Source: Squalus acanthias
Lineage: Eukaryota
Direction: 5' to 3'
Assembly: GCA_030390025.1 (NCBI GenBank)
Contig: CM059432.1
Span: forward strand, 18,664,001 to 18,728,000
DNA length: 64,000 nucleotides
The translations under genes and the position numbers were made by a program. This document shows, piece after piece, positions 62,636 through 64,000 of the stretch (the stretch's first letter is position 1; every line of letters starts with the position of its first letter). The notes beneath the pieces were generated by a model that worked only from the letters and a program-made list of their open reading frames with translations, had not been told where the DNA came from and did not search any database.

Positions 62636-64000
62636 TGATGTATCTCAGTGGTCCTGCATGAAGAGAAGGTTGCTGGCACAGCATCACACACATATGGAGG
62701 CTTTGCATTCCATCTCACACAAATTGTGCCACATGGCTGCAGTTGTTAGCAAGTCCAATTCCTTCCTCTGTGCACAATCAGAGAGGAATACTTATTGATG
62801 TAGTGCATCTTGTAGTGGCCGCTGAACCAGCTGCAGGCTCTGTAACTGCATAGAGTAACTGCCCCTCCTTGCCTCCTGGTGCTAGCAACTGGTAAGGATT
62901 CCTTGCCATCCTCAGAGATAGAACCATTATCTATGCTCATTGCAGTCCTGCACATACTGCTGGGTAGCCTCACCATGGCTACTGATTGGCATTACCGTAC
63001 AGCTAAGGACAACAGGATCAATAAAGTCCTGCCTCGTGGTCCTCTCTAGACAATCCCCAAGCCCAAATAGAAGCTTGAAGAGATAGCCCAATCCACTCAG
63101 AATCCCTGGCCTTTATGGCAGCAACGTAAGCATCCATGTGAAAAGTACTAATTACCCTTAGGGCCTCTGGGAGAGAGGCTCCAGTGCTGATATTCTTGGA
63201 ATTCTCACATGCTCCATGGTGGATTGTAATGTCGCAAAATGTAAGCTACAGACTCTAAGCTAGAACTGCTTTGGACCCAAAATGTTTGAGCAGTTTTGGA
63301 AAGATGCCTGCACATTAATAGCCTTACACTGCAGGTACAACACGGGAGTGAAATTGCTAAAATATTCAATGCAGTGTCAAAAATAAAAAGATAAAGGGTT
63401 GAATAATCCTAAGGCAGCAAACTGAGAAGGCTGAAAAAAAACCTGAATGGTGTTATTGAGTGGCAAAATAAATAGCCATAGTAGTTGAGTCAGAAATGCA
63501 GGAGATGGCGAAGGTCTTCTGCATTGAATCCATCAATGAAGTGGACTGCAAGTGGACCAGCAATGCAACTTTCTCACAGTAACTTGAAGGGTCTTGAGCA
63601 ATAACTAAGAAAATGTTGCTGAGCAAAGTCATCTGCTGTTGGTGAAGCTATAGAAATAACAGAATGAAATTTTGGATCAATCTGCAAATCATGGACTTCT
63701 CTGCTAACTTTAAAGCACCAAGCAGGAGCCAGGTAATTAATATTGGCGCTGCACATTCAGTTTGAATGGCACTTTCTCCTCTTCCTGTGTTCATTATGGT
63801 CTTTGGTATAATTTAAACTATCTTCAGCTCGTTCTGAAAACCACCAGGAAGCGTAACTGAAATGAATCATGCAATCCTATGTGCGTGACATATTTACTGC
63901 CATACGTCCTCTCATCAAGGTCTCAAGGGGTTGTCAATTAGACTGGCAGTCGGAATTATTGCTGGTGTTTAGGCACAGTGAAAAATGCGAACTGATAGTA

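Overview
Repeat-dominated vertebrate DNA, intronic or intergenic. It is most likely from a cartilaginous fish (shark); this is inferred from the repeat complement: CR1 LINEs with (CTATGTTT)n/(TTCTTATG)n tails, Deu-domain tRNA SINEs, L2, RTE, Tx1 and many PIF/Harbinger derivatives. No host protein-coding gene could be identified with confidence, and there are only weak candidate exons. Every recognisable ORF is transposon-derived: RT/APE fragments, Harbinger Myb/SANT genes and transposase stubs. The most notable signals are: (1) short 75-150 bp insertions, several carrying minimal type-I hammerhead ribozyme folds (Penelope-like), each bounded by a 7-14 bp direct repeat (11 bp in three of five); (2) Harbinger derivatives that kept a spliced Myb/SANT gene but lost the transposase core; (3) a MITE family whose flanks are inverted 5-mers rather than direct target-site duplications (TSDs); (4) MITEs carrying CTCF-, E-box-, CCAAT- and NRF1-like motifs; (5) three- and four-level nested insertions.
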